DNA of 64,000 bases, taken from Azolla caroliniana (lineage: Eukaryota > Plantae > Polypodiophyta). Every line of letters starts with the position of its first letter. The first letter of the stretch is position 1. Both the position numbers and the translations under genes were made by a program. Of the stretch, positions 21,548-31,824 are shown in pieces. A model generated the notes under the pieces. It did not search any database. It was not told the DNA's origin and saw only the letters and a list, made by a program, of their open reading frames with translations. The stretch is from assembly GCA_043228905.1 (NCBI GenBank), contig JBHGNT010000011.1:8494001-8558000 (forward strand), written 5' to 3'.

Positions 21548-24500
21548 CTGACTAATCCAACAGCATAGCTCAAATCAGGTCTTGTTATAGTCAAATAAAT
21601 AAGGCTGCCCACCATAGACCTGTATATGTTTACATCTTCTATCTTGGCTCCCAAATCAGCCCTCAACTTGCAGTTTTTATCAAGTGGTACAGCAATAGGT
21701 TTGCATCCAAGCATACCATACTTTTTCAACATAGTTGTTGCATACTGTTTTTGCAACATACATATACCACTTTCAGATCTGATGATTTCAATACCAAGAA
21801 AATATCTCAGATCTCCCAAATCTTTCATATGAAACTGCATTTCCAGATTTTTTTTCAACTTTCTTATTTCATCCACGGAATCTCCTCCAATAATCAAATC
21901 ATCTACATAAATCAGAATAATAACAATGCAATCATTTTCACTTTTTACATACAAAGAAGGATCAGCTTTTGACATTTTGAAACCAAGATTTTTCAGAGAA
22001 TCTGAAAGTTCTCTGTGCCATGCTCTTGGTGCCTGTTTCAGTCCATAGAGAGCTTTTTTCAGCTTACATACATAATCAGGATGTTTCTTATCTTCAAAAC
22101 CTGGTGGTTGACTCATATACACTTCTTCTTCCAAGTTACCATGTAAAAAAGCATTTTTTACATCCATGTGATGCAAAATCCATTTTCTGGCTGCTCCTAC
22201 AGCAAGTAGTGTTCTCAAGGTTGCCATCTTTGCAACCGGTGCAAAAGTCTCATCATAATCAATCCCTTGCATCTGAGCATATCCTTTTGCAACCAATCTT
22301 GCTTTATGTCTACTTACATTCCCATTGGAGTCATGCTTTGTCTTGTAGACCCATTTGCAGCCTACCACATTTTTCTCTTTTGGTAACTTCACTAAATCCC
22401 ACGTTTTGTTCTCAGCCAATGCATCAATCTCTTCTTGCATTGCATCCATCCATTTCTTCTCAGATTTTGCTTCTTCAAAGCTGTTTGGGTCAGGGATCTG
22501 TACCACCTTAGACATATATGCATAGTGCATAGCCATATATGTATCATACCCAAATCTTTCCACAGTCTTTTTCTCTCTATCTGATCTTCTCAGTTTCTGA
22601 TTTGCATTCTTTATTGCCTTTTCCATACCAGGGATTTTCATTTCCTGTATTCCAAGGAAATCATCCAAAGACATATCTGAATCTTCATCTTCCATGTTTT
22701 TTGATAGGTCATCCGGGATTTCATACTCTGGCATTTTCTGTTTTCCTTTTTTGTCATCAGATTTTTTCTGTCCAGTTTTTCCACTCCATGAATTTGAATC
22801 AAATTTACCATCTGAGCTTTTTGATGGTCCAGAACATTCTGTTGATGTTGGACTTTGCTGTCCAACCTTGTCTCCATCTCTGTGACAGTCTTCTACATTT
22901 TCTGATCTGTCTTTGTCTTCATTTTGACAGTCTTCATCAGTCTCTAGATTCTGTTTTGGGCTGTACCAACTAGCCAACTCATCAAATATCACATCTCGAC
23001 TTGTCACAATCTTTTTAGTCACAGGGTTATAACATCTGTACCCTTTTTGTTCTTCTGAATATCCAACAAAGATACATTTTTCTGCTTTTGGATCCAACTT
23101 ACTTCTTACTTCTGCAGGCACATGTACATATGCAAGGCATCCAAACACTTTCAAGTGTTGTAAGCTAGGCTTCCTGCCATAAAAACACTCTTCAGGAGTT
23201 GCCTCATGTACTCCTGATGTAATACATCTATTTAAAATGTAATTTGCTGTATTTACAGCTTCTGCCCAATACTATAATGGCATGTTCTTCTCAGTCATCA
23301 TTGCCCTTGCTATGTTCACCAAAGTTCTGTTTTTCCTCTCAGCAACTCCATTTTGCTGTGGAGTATATCGGCATGTGAACTGTCTTCTTATTCCCTGATT
23401 ACACAAAAAATCAGAAAATTCATTGGAGAAATACTCTCCTCCTCCATCAGATCTCAAACATTTTATCCTTGTACCAGCCTGCTTTTCTACCATGCATTTA
23501 AACTTACGAAAGCAGTCAAATACTTCACTTTTCTCCTTCATGAAGTACACCCATGTCTTCCGTGAACAATCATCAATAAATGTAACATAAAATCTGCATC
23601 CACCAATAGATGCATTCTTTGTTGGTCCCCATACATCTGTATGTACCAAATCCAACAGATTTTTGCTTACATGTCTCTCATGAGGGAATGGCAACCTGTT
23701 TTGCTTACCATATTGACATGCTTCACATACTTTTCCCATTTCACACTTTTTCAAGTTTGGCAGTCCAGCCACTGCATCTTTTCTCAACATATTCTTTAAT
23801 GTTTGCATACTTATATGGCCAATCCTTTTATGCCACATTTCCACATCTGAGATTACACTCGTTCCATTTGCAAACATGGCTGAAATCTGTTTGGGCATTT
23901 CTACATCCAAGATAAACATTCTTCCTTGTCTCTTCCCTTTTGCAATGAGCTTCCCATTCTTTTCTATATAGCATCCACTTTGCTTAAACTTCACTTGCAT
24001 ACCTTGCTCTACAATCTGTCCAACAGAAATCAGATTCTTAGCAAGGTTTGGAACATGCATCACATTTAACATATACTTGGTTTTTCCTCTTTCTTCCCAC
24101 AATGGGATATCTCCAACATGTTTTATTTGGTGAGTTGTGTCATCACCTGTTTGTACATAACCAGGAACCTCTGGTTCTCTTAAACTCTCAAACCAATTTG
24201 CATGTCCAGTCATATGGTTAGATGCCCCCGAGTCTACATACCACGTAAACTCTTCATTACATTTCTGTGAGCTTTCAGCCACTGCTGCTATCTCATGTTG
24301 CACTACAAAAACACCTTCCTTTTCACAATCTTCACTAGTAGAGGCATAGTTACTCTGTTGTCCTTTTCCTCTTTTCTCATCATTTTGTTTCTTGTAACAT
24401 TCAGCTTGTGTATGGCCTGGTTTACCACAATACCAGCAGCCATCATCATTTACATAAGTTTGCTTACCTCTACCTTGGTTGCTCCCCCTGCCTCTGTTGT

Positions 24501-25254
24501 TGTTTCCTCCTCTATGAGCTTGTTGTCCTCTTCCTTGAAAGCCATTATTATTGGTTCTTCCTGAGCCAAATCTTCCATGGCCTCTTCCTCGGCCTCTTCC
24601 GGCATTATTATAGAGGGCTTGCCCCTCGTTCTCTGAGTTTCCTTTATTTGCATCATCCATCTGATTCCTTTCCTCTACCACAAGCATTGAGACCAGATCT
24701 GAAAAACTTGGGATACTATCCCTTGTGAGCATAGAAGTTTTAAAACTCTTGTATTGAGGTCCTAAGCCTCTTAAGCATATTTCCACTTTGTCATCATCTT
24801 CTATCTTCACATTGATAGAAGCAAGTGATTCACATATACTCTTGATTTTTAGGGCATATTCATTTATTGACATCTTACCTTTCTCCAAGGTATTTAGCTC
24901 AGTCTTTAACTGGAGCTTTCTAGCCTTTGTGTTCACAGCAAACAGTTTTACCAAGTTGTCCCAAGCTTCTTTTGGGAGCATAGCATCTTGTATATGCCCA
25001 AGCATTGAATCTGAGATGCTGAGTGATAGCCAATGCATTACTTTCCTTGCCCCTTGATTCCAATCTTTAAATGCCTTAATATGTGCAGCTGTTGCATTCT
25101 CTTCTGGGATCTCTGGAGCCTCTTCTAGGTCTCCTTCAATGTAATCCTAGTATCCTTTCCCCATCAGAAAGTTTGTCATTCTGAATTTCCACGCCGGGAA
25201 ATTGTTTTTATCTAATTTCTCTGTGACCATTTGGCCTACATTCTCTGCAGCCAT
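21548..25254 (-). pseudogene. Element C gag-pol (gag, protease, integrase, RT) with two in-frame TAG stops
   Basis: ATG 25254; stops near 25147 and 23272 in one frame; CWYCGKPGHTQAEC, YVDSGAS, SKLDPK, YVDD. Confidence 0.93.
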
Positions 25255-25386
25255 TTTTTTCCTTCCAAAAAACCAGGGTTTTGCTTTAGTTACTTCAACA
25301 AGTAACTTTCTGATTTCTGATCAGCAACCAGAGAAATAACTTTCTCAGATTAAGGCACTGCTATACTCTTCCTTACGAGCTACTAT

Positions 25387-25398
25387 GCTCTGATACCA
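25387..25398 (-). promoter_or_regulatory. Primer-binding site, initiator tRNA-Met (element C)
   Basis: Reverse complement TGGTATCAGAGC abutting the LTR. Confidence 0.95.
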
Positions 25399-25863
25399 TG
25401 TTAAGAAAACGTGAAGAAGGCACTCGAGCTCTTCTTATGTGCGCGGCGGATCGTAGTGTGTTGGATCGTTAGCGTGCTCTAAACAGACAGAGAAAGGAAA
25501 GGGGACTTACCTCTGTAGTAGCAAAATGGTTTTCTTCTATTACATGTAGAGCTCAACTTGCTCTTGTCAGTCTTCTGGTCTCTCACTCTCTCTCAGAGTT
25601 CTCTACTCACTATACTCTGTTTTTTCTTACTGCTTACTTCCTATTTACTCTCACTTACTTTTACCTAAGTCATAAGTTATTACACATGCAGCTAATTAGC
25701 TGCCAATAGCTAATTAGCTGTCAGTCGCTAAATAGCTGTCAGTAGCTAATTAGCTGTCAGTAGCTAATTAGTTGTTTCTCCTTTATGTTCACTAGTAGCT
25801 AAATAGCTACTATAGCTTATTTCTCATAAGCATCACATACCATGTTGAGCTTGCTTCTCAACA
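25399..25863 (-). repeat. 5' LTR of element C
   Basis: Direct repeat of 10244-10708. Confidence 0.95.
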
Positions 25864-25868
25864 GACTT

Positions 25869-26795
25869 GGTGACGATGCCGATGGGAGTAGGACAGATGC
25901 GATACTTGGTGCTTGCGCGGGAAGACTTAACAAACCAGGTGGAAGGCCGTGCGCTGCAGAACAAGACAACCGCGGCGGTGCCGATTCCTAATCGAAGAGG
26001 TAGTGTGTCGGTACGGGTGCGTCGGGAGGGTCGTGGCGGACCGGGGAGAGCTGGATGCGCGGGAAGCTGAGGAGTTGTTCGACCGGCTAGGGGTCAAACT
26101 CTCCCTCACTACGGCGTACAATCCAGAGGTGAACGGGAAGGTAGAACGTGGGCACGGGCCGATCGTAAAGGCGTTGGTGCGTGCATGCGGAGGGCAGGTC
26201 GGGAATTGGCCACGGCTCCTTCCTTACGCACTATGGGCGGACCGAACTACGCACAATTCGATGACAGGGTTTATGCCGGCAGAGCTGATGTACGGACAGA
26301 AGCCGATCATGCTGATGGAACGGACGGTTTCTTCATGGGCGGCAGTAGATTGGAAGGACGAGATGAGCCGGGAAGAGTTGCTGGCAGCGCGGATTCGGCA
26401 ACTCGAGCGGAGGCCGGAGGACGTGAAAAGGGCGAAGGAAAGGCTGCAGGCGGCAAGGGAGCGGAATAAGACCCGGTTCAACCGGACGCACCGGTTGCGA
26501 CCAAAGAAGATCAAGGAAGGCGACTGGTCTTGGTATACGACAGCAGCCTCGACAATCAGCATAAGGCGGTGCGAAAGTTCGCTAGGAGATGGTTCGGGCC
26601 GTACACTGTGACGAGCGCGAATGACAACGGCACGTACCACCTAGCAGAACTCGACAGGACACAATTAGCGGTACCGGTGGACAGAAAGTGAATCAAAGCG
26701 TTCAAGAAGCGATTCGAAGACGAGCCGGAGCCGGCGAGCGAGAGCGACGACGACGATCAGTTCGGGCCCGGCGAAGAATCGGAGAGCAACGAGTG
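25869..26795 (+). pseudogene. pol: Element A integrase core and C-terminus (frameshifted)
   Basis: WMVDL|VTMP continuity across C; VADRGEL, YNPEVNGKVER, RWFGPY. Confidence 0.87.
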
Positions 26796-26865
26796 AAGCC
26801 GGTTTTCTTCGGTATCTGCCCGTCTCTGGCGCATGTCGGTGGATGCGCGGTTTGGTGGGGGTGGA

Positions 26866-27527
26866 TGTCGTGAAGAAAACCGGCCACAGGCGAAATCGGA
26901 CAAAAAGGCGCATGAACCGGCTCTCACACAGATTGGCGCGTGAATTGATATTTTGATATTGATTCATAAATGGACCGGCTGATGTAAATGCTAAGTAGTA
27001 CATATTTATTAGGGGATTGTGCGTATCTCTGTCAGAAGGCACAGGGAATAAAGCGATTTGACTAGGGAGAAAGGGCACCCCCTTTTGGGAACTATTTAAG
27101 GAGAGGAGAGAAGGGAGAGAAGATATCGTGCGTTGGCGAGGACGAAGTGCTGCTGCAGAACCGAGTGTCGGGCACCCTCTCTCCTCAAATCGTTGTTCTC
27201 TGCGGGTGTCGAGAGTTCGTTGCCTCTGCTTCGTGGACAGCCCCTGTGCTTCCAGCAAAGTCTCTCTCCTTCCCCTTTCCCCTTTGTTTCTTCGAGTCGT
27301 GTGGCTGTCGTCGATGTGCGTGAGTAGGACCCCGTGTCGGGTCCATTACCGGGTTGCCGGTTGTAAGCTATTAACTATAGTAATCAGATTCCTATTTTCC
27401 TTGCTCTTAATCTCTCTCTGTATACTTGCATCTCTCTCTCTCTCTCTCTCCCCCTCTCTCTCTCTCCTTGGTCCGAGACCCCCGTGGTCCCGCCTCTTTC
27501 TACACGCATGCATGTAACAACGCGACA
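26866..27527 (+). repeat. 3' LTR of element A
   Basis: Direct repeat of 532-1177, preceded by PPT. Confidence 0.92.
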
Positions 27528-28750
27528 ACATAAATTTTCGCCCTAGCAGGTAATGCCGGAATTTGTTGATGTTGTATATCTTTCCCAACGCCCCCCGTTC
27601 TGTTGTGGAGTAATTTCGTTCGGCAATAGATAGCATACGACTAGCGTAATAGACTAGACTATACCGATTCGCCTCTGTGAGCTGCATCAATGCGTTGCCT
27701 ATTGCTATATCTAAAGCATCCACAAAGACAAGGAAAGGTTTCTCCCAATCTGGTGGTTGTACGACCGATGCCTGAGTTAACATTATCTTGAGTGCGTCAT
27801 AAGCTTTTTCTTCAATTGTCGTCCACTTGAAAGGCGTGCGATGTACGGCGGCGTGTAATGGGGTAGAGAAATCTGCCAAATACCGTAACATATGGCTATG
27901 CCAATGTATTTGTCCTAGAAAACGGTTGAGTGTTTTGGCACTAGTCGGAGTTTTTGCTTCAATGATTGTCGTAATTTTCTTAGGATCCACCGCTATCCCT
28001 TCCTTGCTTACGATGTGGCCAAGGAGAGCTCCACTAGTTACGCCGAATGCCCATTTTGCTGGGTTCAAGCTTAGACGTGAGGTACGACAGCGTTCCAAAC
28101 AGAGTCGGAGATGGGCCAAATGTTCGGCTCCTATTCCATATACCACGAAGTCGCCAAGGAAAACTTGCATAAAGGTGGGTATATACTCCCCAAAGATCTT
28201 TGTGATTGTTCGCTGGAAAGTTGTAGGCGTTGTCTTGAGCCCAAACATCATGATCACCACGACGTAAACCCCCCAGTCCGTGACGAACGCAGTCTTCTCT
28301 TGATCGTCAAGATGCATATGTACCTTATTGTATCCGTTGAGGCCATCTAGAAAACTATACATGTCATGGCCTACCACCACGTCTAGTACGCTATCGGTGA
28401 AAGGCAAAGGAAACACATCCGTAATCGTCACAACGTTTAACTTACGATACTCTACGCAAATGCAGATTTCGTCATTTTTTTTTGGCACTACGACTATCGG
28501 GCTTAGCCACGTTGCTTGCTTTACCGGCCATATGAACCCTACCTTGAGAAGTTTGTCAATTTCTTCTTTTACGTGAGCCACGTAATTCGGGTTCATTTGA
28601 TACCGACGCTGTTGTACAGGTTTTGCGTCGGTAGATAAGTTGATTTTGTGCGGATAAAACTTTGGGTCCAACCCCTTCATGTCCTCGTGTGACCATGCAA
28701 CAACATCCTTATATTCCTTGAGCAGTTCCAACATCGCCACCTTGAGGAGT
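27528..28750 (-). pseudogene. pol: Athila-like Gypsy RT-RNase H fragment (host element K/H)
   Basis: ORF 27346-28740 closely parallels E pol (WLSPIVVVPKK, YSFLDG, FVDA, RNYSTTER); RT core mutated to FLGD. Confidence 0.9.
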
Positions 28751-28855
28751 GTCTGATAGTATTAATAGTACTAATAGAGTGTTTGATAGTATTCATAGTA
28801 CTAATAGCCCAAGTATCTCAAATAAATTTGAAATCCTTAGTCAATTAGATGAAGA

Positions 28856-31199
28856 GTTAAACGATTGAGTTCAGCCAAAATAGGAGCCGTTTGGTTGGAC
28901 AACAGCCCTAGATTTGTACAGCCCATTAGTGGTTCCATTCCTTCCAAGCAAGTTAGCAATGTGTTCCTAGCCCAAGTCATTGTTAGTACTAAAAGCACTC
29001 CCCCAGTACCCGTCCTAGCACTTCTAGATTCCGGAGCTAATTCCTGTTTCATGGATCGAAATTTTGCCCAAGCTTCTCAGATATCCTTAAGAAAACTTCC
29101 TTGTCCCGCATCTGTAGTAGTCATTGATGGTCGTCCCATTGCTTCCGGGAATATTGTAGAAGAATCAGAACCCATTCAAGTTGTCCTAGGTAGTTTTGTG
29201 TGTTTAATATCATTTAATATAATTAGTAGTCCAGAGCATCCCATTGTCCTAGGATTACCTTGGTTTGAATTACATAATCCAGCCATAGATTGGAGAACAA
29301 GAGAAGTCCGATATCGACCACCCCAAGAATCAACTCACCAAGTTTCGACCATTTCACCCCATCAACTATGCGAAGAAGGACCCAAGGAGGCAATGTTCCT
29401 ATTTGCAATATCAGTACATCCTTCTAGCACTATTAAGAAGGACTCCTCAGTACAACTTCCAGCAAAATATCATCCTTATGCCGATGTATTTGACAAGGTA
29501 AAAGCCGGTACCCTTCCTCATCACCGTCCCTATGACTGTCCCATCGATTTACAACCAGGAACCGAGCCACCATGGGGACCAATTTACAACTTGTCACCCA
29601 CCGAGTTAGAAGTCCTTCGAGCCTACATAGAGGAGAACTTGGCAAGCGGGTTCATCCGCCATTCGAAATCTCCGGCCGGTGCACCCATCTTCTTTGTCAC
29701 TTCGTCTTGTCGTTGATTACCACGGATTGAATAAAGTCACCATCCAGAATAGGTATGCACTTCCTCTTATATCAAGTCTTTTAGAGCAAGTTAATGGTGC
29801 CAAGTTTTTTACTAAAATCGACCTACGAGGAGCGTATAACCTCGTGCGGATCCGATCGGGAGATGAGTGGAAGACCGCCTTTCGCACGCGGTATGGGCAT
29901 TTCGAGTATACTGTTATGCCGTTTGGCCTAACCAATGCACCCACAGTCTTCCAACACATGGCAAATGATATATTCAGAGACCTCTTGGATATCTGTTTGA
30001 TCATTTATCTGGATGATCTATTGATTTATTCGAAGACCCAGGAAGACCACGATTCTCATGTACTATTAGTACTAAAGCGACTCCGCGAGAATGGTCTTTA
30101 TGCCAAGCTAGAAAAATGTAGCTTTGACTGCAAGCAAGTGGAATTTCTAGGCTACGTCATCTCCTCAAAGGGCATCGCCATGGATCCAGCTAAAATCCAA
30201 ACTGTACTAGAGTGGCAAATTCCACGGTCGGTACGAGATGTACAATGTTTTCTAGGTTTTGCTAACTTCTATCGTAAGTTTATACAGGATTACTCGAAGA
30301 TTATTTTACCTCTCACACAACTTACGAAGAAGGGTCAAGCATTTCTTTGGTCCATAGAAGCAGATATGGCTTTTCGGCATCTTAAGAAAGCCTTTACATC
30401 AGCACCGATTCTAGCTCATGTGGATACAAGCAAACCATTCATCATGGAGGCCGACGCATCAGATTTCGCCCTCGGTAGCATCCTTTCTCAACAAGGCGAT
30501 AAAGAAGAGTTGCATCCGGTGGCTTTCCATTCGCGCAAATTCGATGTCGCAAAAATCAACGACGAAATACATGACAAGGAGTTATTAGCTATCGTGGATT
30601 CATTTGTACAATGGCGGCATTTCTTAGAGGGCTCTCCACATCAGGTCATTGTCTTTAGCGATCATAAAAATCTTGCTTATTTTCAGAATGCTCGCGTACT
30701 AAATCAACGGCAAGCTCGGTGGGCGCAATTCCTCACGCGTTTCGACTTCAAAATCACATATCGACCGGGGAAGCAGCAAGGAAAAGCAGATGCACTATCA
30801 CGGCATTCATATCTTGCACCTCGTCCTAGTGACGCAACATTTGATAATCAAAAGCAAGTAATCTTGGGACCAACACGATTGCACACGACGCGAATTTTTC
30901 ACACCCCGATGGATTCACGGATTACCGATGACATACGTGCAACCTTGAAGATGGATAGTTTTGCTCAAGACATCCTGGCGCACATTGATACTTCTCGGGC
31001 ATCCTATTCTCAGTCTCAACAACCAGGTATTGACTACCGACAATTCGAATATCATGATGGTTTGTAGACGACTACGTTCGGACCTGTGATGCTTGTTGCC
31101 GAGCAAAGATGCCACGACACCATCCATATGGCTTGTTGGAACCTTTACCAATTCCAAGTAAACCATGGCAGTCTATTTGTCTTGATTTTATCACAGATC
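28856..31199 (+). pseudogene. pol: Element F pol (protease, RT, RNase H, partial integrase) with small deletions
   Basis: ORFs 28865-29716 and 29679-31067; KKKDGS motif deleted near 29698; integrase Zn-finger deletion near 31062. Confidence 0.88.
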
Positions 31200-31570
31200 T
31201 GTTGTATGTATGGCTGGACTAGCCGCAACACAGGTGTCTATCCGAAACTTCTCCAAAGGGGTGGTAGGGATAGGATGTTAATACACGCGTATGATAATTA
31301 CACTTAAGCACAGACGAAGACAAGATTAATAAGCATAAGCAAAACTATATTAATTCTTCGCCACTTCATTACAAAACATCGGATCCTTTTATAGGCATCC
31401 GGCCAGATTACAATCGGTGCTCGGTAGGCAACCGTTAACCGAAACCGAATCGGTTCGGATCCGGATCGGTTACAACTACCGGATCCGTCCCTCCTAATAA
31501 TTCTATTCCTATTTCTATATTTATCCGATCCGACCTTGCTTTCCCATTTGCCTTCTCTGACCGGCCAACA
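31200..31570 (-). repeat. 3' LTR of element E
   Basis: Direct repeat of 40987-41357; minus-strand TATAAAA near 31390. Confidence 0.95.
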
Positions 31571-31572
31571 CA

Positions 31573-31613
31573 TGGCACGCCCGTGGGAAAGTGCATTGCA
31601 CTTCGAACCCACA
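31573..31613 (+). promoter_or_regulatory. Second, antisense tRNA-Arg(UCU)-type primer-binding site at the PPT position of element E
   Basis: TGGCACGCCCGTGGGA-[AAGTGCATTGCACT]-TCGAACCCACA starting 2 nt from the LTR edge; no purine tract on the sense strand. Confidence 0.75.
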
Positions 31614-31824
31614 GCCGGCTTCAGTCTTCCTCCAAATTATCCAGCAAACTCCGCTCAGAGGTTTCAAGTGTTGTCTTGCCTGTGCCGTCTCCGACTTCCG
31701 ATTGGATTGGCTGCCTTTTCGCATCTTGCTGCTCCGACTCTGCTTGTACCGGTGGTACCGGTGTTTCTTCTGTATCCTGTCCGGGTCTGTCCTGCTCTAC
31801 CTCCATTCCGTTCCCGGTATCGCT

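Larger units (their letters stand above)
10244..25863 (-). mobile_element. Element C: Ty1/Copia LTR retrotransposon, full length, interrupted by D
   Basis: 465-bp LTRs 10244-10708 and 25399-25863 (about 2 differences seen), TSD GACTT (10239-10243, 25864-25868), Met PBS 25387-25398, PPT at 10709-10716. Confidence 0.96.
532..27527 (+). mobile_element. Element A: Ty3/Gypsy LTR retrotransposon, tRNA-Trp primed, degenerate, carrying nested B, C and D
   Basis: LTRs 532-1177 and 26866-27527 (TGTCGTGAAGA...CGACA, roughly 95% identical by eye), PBS, gag, RT-RH-IN order, PPT GGTGGGGGTGGA at 26854-26865; host frame RKF|TFHVD resumes across it with a degenerate 4-bp duplication (AAGT/ACAT). Confidence 0.9.
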
